Shown in pieces: positions 7,324 through 17,414 of a DNA stretch of 64,000 nucleotides; the first letter of the stretch is position 1; every line of letters begins with the position of its first letter. A program made the position numbers and the translations under genes. This stretch comes from an uncultured Clostridia bacterium. Lineage in GTDB: Bacteria; Bacillota; Clostridia; Oscillospirales; Ruminococcaceae. The notes below the pieces were generated by a model. The model saw nothing but the letters and a program-made list of their open reading frames with translations, did no database searches and was not told the origin of the DNA. The stretch spans positions 10,960 to 74,959 of the forward strand of contig CAMCPM010000004.1 of assembly GCA_945876755.1 (NCBI GenBank). Reading direction: 5' to 3'.

Positions 7324-9636
7324 TTGTCCTATCAGCCTACCAATAAAATGAGAGTTAAGCTTAATCTTGTAGTTCTTCCCGTGTTTTTGGCATTTGCCTG
7401 CTGGATACTGGTCAGCCTGTTCAAAACGTCTATCACGGACAATGCCAAATATCAGGCTCTTGCAAACGAAAACCAGTTCGCAAGCAAGATTGTAAAGGCT
7501 AACCGAGGAAGCATTTATGACGCAAACGGAAAGATACTTGCCCAATCGGCTACGGTCTATTCCATATGCGTAAACCCATACCGTATATATGAACAGCAGC
7601 AGAAAGAGAAAAAGTCCGATAATCCCGAGCTTGTTGACGGAAAGCTTAAATCACAGCTGATGGTCGAGAAGGCGGCAAAAATCCTCAGCGAAGAATTGGG
7701 CGGAAATGTTACCTATGAATACGCAGTAAAGAAGCTTACCGAAAACGCTGCAAACAGTCAGTGGGCGCTGGTTGCAAAGTCTATTGAAAAGCCGGTTGCG
7801 GACAAGATCATTGCCCGTGCCGATGAGGAAAATCTCGGTGACTTGATTTTTCCCGATCTGGACACAAAGCGGTACTACCCCCAGGCGGAGCTTGCAGCTG
7901 CCGTTATAGGCTTCACAAACTTTGACGGAGACGGCGTTTACGGTGTGGAGTCCTACTATAACGATTACCTCAAAGGCGTTGACGGAAAAATAATTTCTGC
8001 CGTTGACGCTTACCGCAACGAAATGCCCTATAAAAATGATAAGATTTACGACGCACAGGACGGCAACTCTCTTTACCTTACGCTTGATATGAATTTGCAG
8101 TATCAGGTGGAAAAATACCTCGAACAGCAGGTTGAGGCTCACGATGTTGACAATCGTGCCTGCGCAATTATGATGAATGTTAATACGGGAGCTATACTTG
8201 CTATGGCGAGTACTCCCGGATTCGACCTTAACGACAAAAACTCCATATACAGCCAGAAGGACATTGATAAGCTTGCGGCGGTAACTGACGAAGATGAATA
8301 CAATCAGCTTTATGCGACCTTGCGTGAGCAGCAGTGGAAGAACAAGGCTATAACTGAGCTTTATTTCCCCGGTTCGGTTTTCAAGGTTATCACAGGCTCA
8401 TCGGCGCTGGAGGAAAAGGTCATTTCTCTCAACTCCACCTTCAATTGCGGCCAAAGCATTATTATAGCCGATACCGAAATGCACTGCTGGTCAAACTATT
8501 CCCACGGTACACAGGATTTCACCACCGCAATGACAAACTCCTGCAACCCTGCCTTCATTCAGATAGGACAGCTTCTGGGCAAGGATAAATTTTATGAATA
8601 TTTCAAGGCATACGGCTTTACCGAGCCTACGGGAATCGACCTGCCCGGCGAGTCAAACAGCCTTTATGTAAATACCAGCGAAAAGGGTCCCGTTGAGCTT
8701 GCTTCATGCTCATTCGGTCAGACCAACAAGGTTACGCCCTTGCAGATGATAACAGCTTACGCCGCAGTTGTAAACGGCGGATATCTCGTTACCCCCTATG
8801 TGGTCAGCAAGATAGTCGACCCCAACGGCAACGTTATAAAGACTACCGAGCCATCCATAAAGAGGCAGGTCATTTCGGAAGAGACCTCCGCACAGATGAG
8901 ACAGGTCCTCGAAAGCGTTGTTAACACAAAGGGCGGTTCAAACGCTTACATCAAGGGATATGCTATCGGCGGAAAGTCGGGTACATCGCAGAAGATTGAC
9001 AAGTCCAACGAAACGGGAAATGAAAATCTTTATGTTTCTTCATACTGTGCATTCGCTCCTGCCGATGACCCGGAGATAATCATGCTCGTTATGCTCGACG
9101 AGCCTACTGCACGGGATCAGAACGGTTCGCTGATGTACTACGGAAGCGTTGTTGCCGTTCCCCCAGTCGTAAACATACTTAAAGAGGCTCTGCCGTATCT
9201 GGGCTATTATCCAGAATACACCGAGGAAGAGCTTGAAGCGCTGGGTGTGACCCTTCCATCGGTTGAGGGCGAGGCGGTAAACATTGCTACCGAAACACTT
9301 GAATCTCTCAGTTTGCAGGTAACCGTCATCGGAAAAGGTGACAAAGTCGTGGCTCAGGTGCCTGCGAGGGCAAGCTCCATTCCGAGAAACGGAAAGGTAA
9401 TTCTTTATACCGAAGAAAATTACGAGACGGAATACACCACAGTACCGAACATTATCGGCTATGGACTGTCAGATGTAAATACTATTCTCACCAACGCAAA
9501 TCTGAACTTCAAGGTAGGCGACGGTGCTGCGAACCATTCGGGTGCGATAGCGTACAGCCAGAACTATGCCGAGGGAAACATTGTTCCGAAGGGTACTATC
9601 ATTGAAGTAACGTTCATTATCAAGGACGAAGGATAG
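7324..9636 (+). CDS. Class B penicillin-binding protein (FtsI/PBP2B/SpoVD type) with two C-terminal PASTA domains
   Basis: 770 aa, TTG start after GAAAGGAG. Transpeptidase motifs SVFK, SNYS?/SCN region and KSGTS; two PASTA-like repeats in the last about 130 aa. Confidence 0.9.
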   Translation: MSYQPTNKMRVKLNLVVLPVFLAFACWILVSLFKTSITDNAKYQALANENQFASKIVKANRGSIYDANGKILAQSATVYSICVNPYRIYEQQQKEKKSDNPELVDGKLKSQLMVEKAAKILSEELGGNVTYEYAVKKLTENAANSQWALVAKSIEKPVADKIIARADEENLGDLIFPDLDTKRYYPQAELAAAVIGFTNFDGDGVYGVESYYNDYLKGVDGKIISAVDAYRNEMPYKNDKIYDAQDGNSLYLTLDMNLQYQVEKYLEQQVEAHDVDNRACAIMMNVNTGAILAMASTPGFDLNDKNSIYSQKDIDKLAAVTDEDEYNQLYATLREQQWKNKAITELYFPGSVFKVITGSSALEEKVISLNSTFNCGQSIIIADTEMHCWSNYSHGTQDFTTAMTNSCNPAFIQIGQLLGKDKFYEYFKAYGFTEPTGIDLPGESNSLYVNTSEKGPVELASCSFGQTNKVTPLQMITAYAAVVNGGYLVTPYVVSKIVDPNGNVIKTTEPSIKRQVISEETSAQMRQVLESVVNTKGGSNAYIKGYAIGGKSGTSQKIDKSNETGNENLYVSSYCAFAPADDPEIIMLVMLDEPTARDQNGSLMYYGSVVAVPPVVNILKEALPYLGYYPEYTEEELEALGVTLPSVEGEAVNIATETLESLSLQVTVIGKGDKVVAQVPARASSIPRNGKVILYTEENYETEYTTVPNIIGYGLSDVNTILTNANLNFKVGDGAANHSGAIAYSQNYAEGNIVPKGTIIEVTFIIKDEG

Positions 9637-9683
9637 CTGCCGTTTTATTTAATAATTATTACCGCACAGAGAGGATTGATAAT

Positions 9684-12566
9684 ATGAGACTCGACGAGCT
9701 TCTTGATGAAGCAAAAAAAGCCATGCCGCTTAAAGCTTATGTCAGCGACAGGCACGCCGCTGTTGAGGGTATTACCGACAACACAAACGAGGTAAAGGAA
9801 GGCTATATTTTCGTGTGCGTAAAAGGCACTCGCTTTGACGGACACGACTTTGCCGAAGAAATGCTTGAAAAGGGCGCTCTGTGCGTTGTCACCGAATACG
9901 ATATCGGCGTTGAAAATCAAATTATCGTGGAAAATTCCCGTGAGTTTTACGGACACCTCTGTGCAATATGGTTCAATCACCCCGAACGCCGCATGAAGCT
10001 TATCGGCGTAACGGGTACAAACGGCAAGACGACTCTTGCAACGATGATAAAGGAAATCCTCGCAGACAAGGGTCACAAGGTCGGTTTTATAGGAACTACC
10101 GGTGCGCTTATCAACGGCAAGCCTGCTGAAACGGACGGTTCAACGCCAACTACTCCACGTGTTTATGAGCTTTACAAGCTTTTTTACGAAATGGCGAAAA
10201 ACGGCTGCGACTGCGTTGTTATGGAGGTATCTTCCTTTGCTCTCGACCAGAACAGAATAGGTCCTGCAATGTTCCGCATAGGCATTTTCACGAATCTCAC
10301 TCAGGATCATCTGGACTATCACGGCAATATGGAAAGCTACTACGAGGCGAAGAAAAAGCTTTTCACAGACCACTGTGAAACTGCTGTCATCAACATCGAC
10401 GACAGATACGGTCTGAGACTTTACGAGGAACTGGAAGGAAGCGGAGTTGAGCGCATATCCTGTACAATGTGCGGTCAGCCTGCCGACATTTCCGGCAACT
10501 CTGTGAAGTTTGACGGCGGAGTAACAAAATTCTGGGTAACCGCCGCAAACAAGAATTATCCTTTCAGTCTGCATATGATAGGCGCTTACAACGTGCTTAA
10601 CGCTGTTGAAGCCATTGCTGCCTGTCTGAAGCTAAATCTGGGCGTAAATGCAATTTCAAGCGCTCTTAATGTTTTCAAGGGCGTTAAGGGACGCTGCGAA
10701 TTTATTCCCACGGGCAGAGATTTTATGGTCATCTGTGACTATGCACACTCTCCCGACGCGCTGGAAAATATGCTTCCCAACATTAAGGAGAACTGCAAGG
10801 GACGGCTTATCTGCCTGTTCGGCTGCGGCGGCGACCGTGACAAAACAAAGCGTCCGCTTATGGCAAAGGCAGCGGAAAAGTATGCCGATATACTGATAGT
10901 TACTTCGGATAATCCCCGCAATGAAGACCCCGACGCTATCATTGACGATATTATCGGCGGACTTTCACTTATGAAGCCGTATATAAGGATTACCGACCGC
11001 AAGGCGGCTATCCGCAGGGCGATAACTCTTGCCGAAAAGAACGATATTATAGTTCTTGCAGGAAAGGGTCACGAGGATTATCAGATATTGAAGGACGATG
11101 TTCATATACATTTTGACGAGCGTGAGATCGTTAAGGAAATTATGCGCGGCTATACAAGAAAGCGCTATGACCCCAGTGTTCAGGAATATGTCACTATCAA
11201 CGAGCTGATGGATATTACGGGCGGCAAGCCTTACTCCATCAGAAATTTTGACAGAAGAATTGCTATGTCGTCGCTTTTCTCCGATACGAGAAATATCATT
11301 CAGGGCGGAGTTTTTGTTGCCATAAAGGGTGAACGATTCGATGGACACGATTTTGCGGCTCAGGCGGTAGAGAAGGGCGCAGTATGCGCTATTACCGAGC
11401 GCACGCTGGTGGATGTTCCAAGCATTGTTGTAAAAAGTACACGCAAGGCTTTGCTTGACCTGTCAAGATATTTCAGAATGAAATTTGATCCGGTGGTAGT
11501 CGGTGTTACCGGCAGCGTGGGAAAAACAACGACAAAGGAAATGATCGCACTGGCGCTTTCCTGTCAGCACAGCGTATATAAAACGGAAGGCAACCACAAC
11601 AATGAGATAGGTCTGCCGTTTACGGTGTTCAAGCTGAATCACAGCTGTTCGGCGGCTGTGTTTGAAATGGGTATGTCCGATTTCGGAGAGATAGAACGGC
11701 TTTCAAGAGCTTCTCATCCGAACATCTGCGTTATAACAAATATCGGCTACTCGCATATTGAAAATCTCGGTTCGCAGGAGGGCATACTGGAAGCCAAGCT
11801 GGAGATCCTCAAGGGTGCCGAAAGAAAGGCTCCGCTTATCATTAACGGCGACGACTCCATGCTTGCCCCTCTCAAGGAGGACTATGAGGGCTACCGTGAT
11901 GTTATCACATACGGTATAGACTCGGAAAATGTCGATTACAGGGCGACCGAGATAGTGACAAATCCCGACAGAATGTATTTCAACATCAGATATAATGATG
12001 AGATAATCTGCGATGTTACACTTTTCTGTCTCGGAAAGCATAACATTTATAACGCTCTTGCGGCGGTCTGCACAGCGATATGCGCAGGCTGCGACCCTGT
12101 TGCCGCAGCGGAAATGCTCAGCGGCTTCCAGCCGGATTCGCTCCGTCAGCACATTCAGAAACGGGGAGAGCAGACTCTTATTGTGGACTGCTACAATGCT
12201 TCGCCCACGTCTATGAAAGCGGCGATAGACGTACTCTGCGAAATGAAGCCGCAAGGCGAGGGAAGGCGTGTTGCTGTTCTGGGCGATATGCTGGAGCTTG
12301 GCGAAAAATCGGCGGAACTGCACGAGCAGGTGGGAGAATACGTTGCGCAGAAGGGTGTTGACCTGCTTGTCTGCTACGGCGAAAATGCAAAGAATATTGC
12401 AAAGCGCGCCGACGAGCTGGGTATGCACGCAGGCAGCTCCGAGGATAAGCGCATGGTTCTTAACTTCTTGAAATATAAGCTCAGACCCAATGATATTGTT
12501 CTTTTCAAGGCAAGCCGAGGTATGCACATGGAGGAGCTTATTGAAGAATTTTACAAGGACTGCTAA
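9684..12566 (+). CDS. murE: Fused MurE (UDP-MurNAc-L-Ala-D-Glu:meso-DAP ligase) - MurF (UDP-MurNAc-tripeptide:D-Ala-D-Ala ligase)
   Basis: Single 960-aa ORF. The N-terminal half has GVTGTNGKTT, DNPRNEDP (the DAP-type MurE motif) and GKGHEDYQ. The C-terminal half restarts a Mur ligase fold (FVAIKGERFDGHDF, GVTGSVGKTTTKE, ...LFKASRGM). There is no stop at the junction near 11130-11200. Confidence 0.9.
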   Translation: MRLDELLDEAKKAMPLKAYVSDRHAAVEGITDNTNEVKEGYIFVCVKGTRFDGHDFAEEMLEKGALCVVTEYDIGVENQIIVENSREFYGHLCAIWFNHPERRMKLIGVTGTNGKTTLATMIKEILADKGHKVGFIGTTGALINGKPAETDGSTPTTPRVYELYKLFYEMAKNGCDCVVMEVSSFALDQNRIGPAMFRIGIFTNLTQDHLDYHGNMESYYEAKKKLFTDHCETAVINIDDRYGLRLYEELEGSGVERISCTMCGQPADISGNSVKFDGGVTKFWVTAANKNYPFSLHMIGAYNVLNAVEAIAACLKLNLGVNAISSALNVFKGVKGRCEFIPTGRDFMVICDYAHSPDALENMLPNIKENCKGRLICLFGCGGDRDKTKRPLMAKAAEKYADILIVTSDNPRNEDPDAIIDDIIGGLSLMKPYIRITDRKAAIRRAITLAEKNDIIVLAGKGHEDYQILKDDVHIHFDEREIVKEIMRGYTRKRYDPSVQEYVTINELMDITGGKPYSIRNFDRRIAMSSLFSDTRNIIQGGVFVAIKGERFDGHDFAAQAVEKGAVCAITERTLVDVPSIVVKSTRKALLDLSRYFRMKFDPVVVGVTGSVGKTTTKEMIALALSCQHSVYKTEGNHNNEIGLPFTVFKLNHSCSAAVFEMGMSDFGEIERLSRASHPNICVITNIGYSHIENLGSQEGILEAKLEILKGAERKAPLIINGDDSMLAPLKEDYEGYRDVITYGIDSENVDYRATEIVTNPDRMYFNIRYNDEIICDVTLFCLGKHNIYNALAAVCTAICAGCDPVAAAEMLSGFQPDSLRQHIQKRGEQTLIVDCYNASPTSMKAAIDVLCEMKPQGEGRRVAVLGDMLELGEKSAELHEQVGEYVAQKGVDLLVCYGENAKNIAKRADELGMHAGSSEDKRMVLNFLKYKLRPNDIVLFKASRGMHMEELIEEFYKDC

Positions 12567-12599
12567 AGTCAATATGTTATGTTCATTGGGGGATCGTTT

Positions 12600-13613
12600 A
12601 TGCCATTCTGGATAAATTTAATCGTTGCGCTGGTAGCATTCGGCGTTGCGGCTGTTACGGGAATTTTTCTCATTCCGCTGCTTAAAAAGCTTCATTTCGG
12701 TCAGACTATTTATGAAAAAGGTCCTGCCTGGCACAAGGATAAGCAGGGTACGCCGATGATGGGCGGATTTATGTTTATTATCGGTACGGCAGTTGCAATT
12801 GCCGTAGGGTATGCAATATTCCGCTACCGTGAAGCGACGGTCGCCGCTGTGCCCGACAATACGGGACTTTACAAGCTGCTTGCAGGCTTTGCATTTGCTC
12901 TGCTGAATGCAGGCATAGGCTTTATCGACGACTACATCAAGGCAGTAAAGAAGCAGAATCTTGGTCTTAAAGCAAAGCAGAAAATGATAATGCAGTTCCT
13001 TTTAAGCTGTGCTTTTCTGTATGCTCTTTATCTGCTTGGAGACCATTCGACCGCAATACGTTTTCCCTTTTTCGGGGACGTTGACTTCGGTATCTTCTAC
13101 TACCCGATAATGGTTCTGTACCTTATTTTCCTTACCAACGCCGTAAACCTTACCGACGGTATCGACGGACTCTGCGGTTCTGTTACGGTTATTGTAGGGT
13201 TATCTTTCGTAATGCTCTGCGCCGCAATGGGTATGTGGGAATACTCCATTTTCTCAATGGCTCTTGCAGGAGGCTGTCTCGGCTTTCTTGTCTGGAATCT
13301 GCACCCGGCAAAGGTTTTCATGGGCGATACGGGTTCAATGTTTCTGGGCGGCGCAGTATGTGCAATAGGCTTTGCTACACACAGACATCTGCTTCTTGCG
13401 CTTATAGCTATAGTTTACATCATAGACGCACTTTCGGTCGTTATTCAGGTAACTTACTTCAAAATAACAAAGGGAAAGCGGCTTTTCAAAATGTCGCCTA
13501 TACACCATCACTTCGAACTTTGCGGCTTTTCGGAGTACAAAATAGTAATCACATTTTCAACTGCTGCGCTTATTGCAGGCGTTGCGGCAAATCTTATATA
13601 CAACCTGTGCTGA
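12600..13613 (+). CDS. mraY: Phospho-N-acetylmuramoyl-pentapeptide transferase MraY
   Basis: Polytopic membrane protein with NLTDGIDGL and HHHFE motifs. I prefer ATG 12600 (GGGGGA RBS) over the upstream in-frame ATG 12579. Confidence 0.9.
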   Translation: MPFWINLIVALVAFGVAAVTGIFLIPLLKKLHFGQTIYEKGPAWHKDKQGTPMMGGFMFIIGTAVAIAVGYAIFRYREATVAAVPDNTGLYKLLAGFAFALLNAGIGFIDDYIKAVKKQNLGLKAKQKMIMQFLLSCAFLYALYLLGDHSTAIRFPFFGDVDFGIFYYPIMVLYLIFLTNAVNLTDGIDGLCGSVTVIVGLSFVMLCAAMGMWEYSIFSMALAGGCLGFLVWNLHPAKVFMGDTGSMFLGGAVCAIGFATHRHLLLALIAIVYIIDALSVVIQVTYFKITKGKRLFKMSPIHHHFELCGFSEYKIVITFSTAALIAGVAANLIYNLC

Positions 13614-13670
13614 TTGTATTGACCGAATTAAGCTTTTACAATGCAAATTTTTAAAGAGAGGAGAATCTGA

Positions 13671-14900
13671 ATGCAGGATACTGCGAATGCTGTTCCCAAC
13701 GGAAGAAGAAAAAACAACCGCAGAAAGAAAACAGCTTCAAGCGGAACGTCAAAGGGATACACCGAAAAGATCGCAATGGGTCCGATTGATTACCCGTTTC
13801 TGCTTATTGTAATGGTTCTTCTCGTTATGGGAATAATCATGATGTTCTCGGCAGGCTACGCATGGGCTATCGCCGAGGGCGGCACCGGAACGGACTATGT
13901 GCAGAATCAGCTGAAAATGGCTGTTGTCGGACTTGCGGGAATGTTCTTCGCTTCGTTTTTTGACTATCATTGGTTCAGAAAGCCCATCATTGCTTACGGC
14001 TTTTACGGGTTCTGTATAGTGCTTCTTATTCTGTGCCGTGTGGGTCCCTTTGCCGACCCTCACAATGATTCCTACCGCTGGGTAAAATTCCCCGGTCTTC
14101 CGGCTTTTCAGCCTTCGGAGCTTATGAAGCTTGCAATTATTCTTCTCTTTGCTTATCTTATTTCGGTAAACTATTCAAAAATGAAATATTTCAAATACGG
14201 CATTGTACCGTTCATGGGATTCCTCGGCGTTGTAATTGCGCTTATGATGATTCAGCCGCACCTTTCGGGTACAATTATTATTTGTGCTATCGGTATTATA
14301 ATGATGTTTGTGGGCGGTTCAAGAGTAAAGCATCTTGTTGTACTCGGCATAACGGCAGTTGCTGCGCTGGCTTTGATACTTTTCATACTTATCGAAGTCA
14401 AGGGCTTTTCCTACTTTGAAAAGCGTATCATTACATGGATCGACCCGTTCAATGAAGATGCTGCCGCCGCCACATGGCAGACAAGAAACAGTCTCATAGC
14501 AATAGGTTCGGGCGGACTTTTCGGACTTGGTCTGGGCAATTCAAGACAGAAATTCCTCTATCTCCCCGAAGCAAAGAACGATTTCGTTTTCGCAGTTGTA
14601 TGCGAGGAGCTTGGCTTTGTGGGTGCGCTGATGGTTATTATACTTTTCCTGCTTTTTATCTTCCGCGGGATGTATATTGCCTCAAAGGCTCCCGACAAAT
14701 ACGGAATGATGATAGCAGTTGGACTTACCGTACAGATAGGTTTGCAGGCGCTGCTCAACATCGCCGTTGTAACGAATACTATCCCAAACACAGGCGTATC
14801 GCTGCCGTTTTTCAGCTATGGCGGAACGGCTCTTATCATGCAGCTTGTGCAGATGGGTATTATACTGAATATTTCGCGGCAGTCTATCATAGAGACTTAG
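13671..14900 (+). CDS. ftsW: SEDS-family peptidoglycan glycosyltransferase FtsW/SpoVE
   Basis: 409 aa, about 10 TM segments. Motifs QPSELMK and LPFFSYGGT; position in the dcw cluster. Confidence 0.9.
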   Translation: MQDTANAVPNGRRKNNRRKKTASSGTSKGYTEKIAMGPIDYPFLLIVMVLLVMGIIMMFSAGYAWAIAEGGTGTDYVQNQLKMAVVGLAGMFFASFFDYHWFRKPIIAYGFYGFCIVLLILCRVGPFADPHNDSYRWVKFPGLPAFQPSELMKLAIILLFAYLISVNYSKMKYFKYGIVPFMGFLGVVIALMMIQPHLSGTIIICAIGIIMMFVGGSRVKHLVVLGITAVAALALILFILIEVKGFSYFEKRIITWIDPFNEDAAAATWQTRNSLIAIGSGGLFGLGLGNSRQKFLYLPEAKNDFVFAVVCEELGFVGALMVIILFLLFIFRGMYIASKAPDKYGMMIAVGLTVQIGLQALLNIAVVTNTIPNTGVSLPFFSYGGTALIMQLVQMGIILNISRQSIIET

Positions 14901-14928
14901 CCGAAATAAGCGAAAGGAATGATAACAA

Positions 14929-16065
14929 ATGCTCAAGGTATTGCTTGCAGGCGGCGGCACGGGTGGACACATCAATCCTGCCCTTGCTATCGCTTCGATA
15001 ATAAAACAGCATCACCCCGACGCAGAGTTTCTCTTTGCGGGAACTCCCAACGGAATGGAGGCTAATCTTATCCCAAAAGCAGGATATGATTTTGCTCCTA
15101 TCAAGATAAGCGGCTTTCAGCGGAAGATAACTCCGAAAAACCTTGTCCGTAATGCAAAAGCGGCAGCATATCTTTCCGTTTCGGGACACCGTTCAAAGCA
15201 GATAATAAACGACTTCAAGCCTGATATTGTTATCGGTACGGGGGGCTATGTAAGCTACCCGATACTTGCAAAGGCGGTTCAGATGGGTATCCCTACGGCT
15301 ATTCACGAGCAGAACGCTTTCCCAGGAATTACAAACCGTCTGCTTGCCAAAAAAGTCGACGAGGTAATGCTTACCGTTGAGGAGGCTGCTCAGCATCTTG
15401 ACGCCTGTGCAAAGTATACCGTTACGGGACTTCCCGTGAGAGCAGGCTTTTCCGCAGGAGCAATAAGCCGTGCGGAAGCAAAGAAAAAGCTTGGTCTTGA
15501 CGACAGCATATGTATCTTCAGCTTCGGCGGAAGTCTTGGCGCCGGAGCGATAAACAACGGCGCAGCGGCTCTTATCAAGTGGGAAAAGGAAAATAAGCTT
15601 CCCGTAAACCACATTCACGGTTACGGAAAAATGGGCAGGGATACCTTTCTGCAAAAGCTTGCCGAATCGGGCATCGACCCCGAAAAGGACGACCGCCTTA
15701 TTGTAAGCGAATATATTCACAATATGGACGTATGCACTGCCGCCGCAGACCTTATCATCTGCCGCAGCGGCGCTTCAACAATTTCAGAGCTTCAGGCTGT
15801 GGGAAGAGCTTCTATTCTTATCCCGTCCCCGAATGTTACCGCAAATCATCAGTACCACAACGCTATGGTTCTGGGAAGAGCAGGCGCGGCGGTTGTTATT
15901 GAGGAAAAAAATCTTTCTGATGAAGTCCTGATAGGAAAGGTCAAGGAGTTTATAGATAATCCCGACAAGCTGGATACCCTTGCAAAGCGTGCCGGAGAAA
16001 CCTATGTTAACGACACACCCGACCGCATTTATACAGTTATTAAACGTTTGCTTGATAAACAATGA
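14929..16065 (+). CDS. murG: UDP-GlcNAc:lipid I N-acetylglucosamine transferase MurG
   Basis: 378 aa. N-terminal GGGTGGHINPALA, and C-terminal ICRSGASTISEL plus HQ..NA motif. Confidence 0.95.
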   Translation: MLKVLLAGGGTGGHINPALAIASIIKQHHPDAEFLFAGTPNGMEANLIPKAGYDFAPIKISGFQRKITPKNLVRNAKAAAYLSVSGHRSKQIINDFKPDIVIGTGGYVSYPILAKAVQMGIPTAIHEQNAFPGITNRLLAKKVDEVMLTVEEAAQHLDACAKYTVTGLPVRAGFSAGAISRAEAKKKLGLDDSICIFSFGGSLGAGAINNGAAALIKWEKENKLPVNHIHGYGKMGRDTFLQKLAESGIDPEKDDRLIVSEYIHNMDVCTAAADLIICRSGASTISELQAVGRASILIPSPNVTANHQYHNAMVLGRAGAAVVIEEKNLSDEVLIGKVKEFIDNPDKLDTLAKRAGETYVNDTPDRIYTVIKRLLDKQ

Positions 16066-16131
16066 TCGTTTCTGCACCAAAAATCCCTTACTGCATAGAA
16101 TGAACTAAAAAACGGTAAGGGAGCTGCCGAA

Positions 16132-17391
16132 ATGCAGAAACTGATCATAAACGGAGGGAAAAAGCTGAACGGCGAGATCCGTATTCAGGGAGCAAAAAAT
16201 GCCGCGCTGCCGATAATGGCGGCTTCGGTCCTGTGCGGAGAAAACATTATTTTGCGTAACTGTCCGAAAATTTCGGACGTTTACTCCGCAATGCGAATAC
16301 TTACATATTTAGGCTGCAAGGCAGGCTTTGAGGAAGGTTCGGGTGTTGTTTCGCTGAATGCCGAAAGTATTTCCTGCTCGGAAATTTCCGACGAGCTTAT
16401 GAGAGAAATGCGTTCCTCTATCTTTTTTCTGGGAGCTGTTCTCGGCAGGACGGGACGGTGCAGGATAACTCTTCCCGGCGGCTGCGACCTTGGTCCACGA
16501 CCGATAGATATGCATCTTGCCGCACTTAGAAAAATGGGAGTTTCCATTCACGAGGAGTATGGCGCTCTTGACTGTGTTGCGGAAAACGGTCTCCACGGAG
16601 CAAAAATATCGCTGTCGTTTCCGTCTGTAGGTACGACGGAAAACATCATGCTTGCGGCAGTTCTTGCAGAGGGAACAACGATAATTCACAATGCGGCGAG
16701 AGAGCCTGAAATTGCCGACCTTGCGGAATTTCTCAACCGCTGCGGAGCTAAAATAAGCGGTGCAGGCGGAGGAAAAATTACTGTCAGCGGCGTGAAAAAG
16801 CTTCACGGCTGCGAATATGATATCATGCCCGACCGAATAGCCTGTGCAACATATCTTGCCTGTGCTGCTTCGGCAGGGGGCGAGCTTGTTATAACGGGAT
16901 GCCGTCCCTCGGACGAGGAAAATATTCTTCCCGTTTTTGAGCAGATGGGTTGTATAGTCCACACCGTTGACGACAAAATTTTCTTCAGTGCAAAGCGTCC
17001 GCTGAAGGCGGTTGCGCCGATAAGAACTATGGTCTATCCGGGATTCCCCACAGATGCGCAGGCGTTTGTTATGGCGGCGCTGTGCAAAGCAAAAGGCACA
17101 TCGGTATTTGTGGAAAATATTTTTGAGAACCGTTATAAGCACGTTGGCGGTCTGACCCGAATGGGTGCGGATATTCTTGTGGAGGGCAAGGTAGCCGTTA
17201 TCGAAGGGGTAAACCGCCTTTACGGAGTAAAGACCGAAGCTCCAGATTTAAGAGGCGGGGCAGGACTTGTTACTGCTGCGCTGGCGGCTGAGGGTACAAG
17301 CGAAATTTCAAACGTTCACTACATCGACCGCGGATATGAGGATATCGAAAAGGTTCTTTCCTCGGCAGGCGCGGATATAAAAAGGATATAG
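16132..17391 (+). CDS. murA: UDP-N-acetylglucosamine 1-carboxyvinyltransferase MurA
   Basis: 419 aa. KLNGEIRIQGAKNAALPIMAAS and the active-site loop LPGGCDLGPRPID. Confidence 0.95.
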   Translation: MQKLIINGGKKLNGEIRIQGAKNAALPIMAASVLCGENIILRNCPKISDVYSAMRILTYLGCKAGFEEGSGVVSLNAESISCSEISDELMREMRSSIFFLGAVLGRTGRCRITLPGGCDLGPRPIDMHLAALRKMGVSIHEEYGALDCVAENGLHGAKISLSFPSVGTTENIMLAAVLAEGTTIIHNAAREPEIADLAEFLNRCGAKISGAGGGKITVSGVKKLHGCEYDIMPDRIACATYLACAASAGGELVITGCRPSDEENILPVFEQMGCIVHTVDDKIFFSAKRPLKAVAPIRTMVYPGFPTDAQAFVMAALCKAKGTSVFVENIFENRYKHVGGLTRMGADILVEGKVAVIEGVNRLYGVKTEAPDLRGGAGLVTAALAAEGTSEISNVHYIDRGYEDIEKVLSSAGADIKRI

Positions 17392-17414
17392 TCAAATCAA
17401 AGGAGAGTAAAAAT

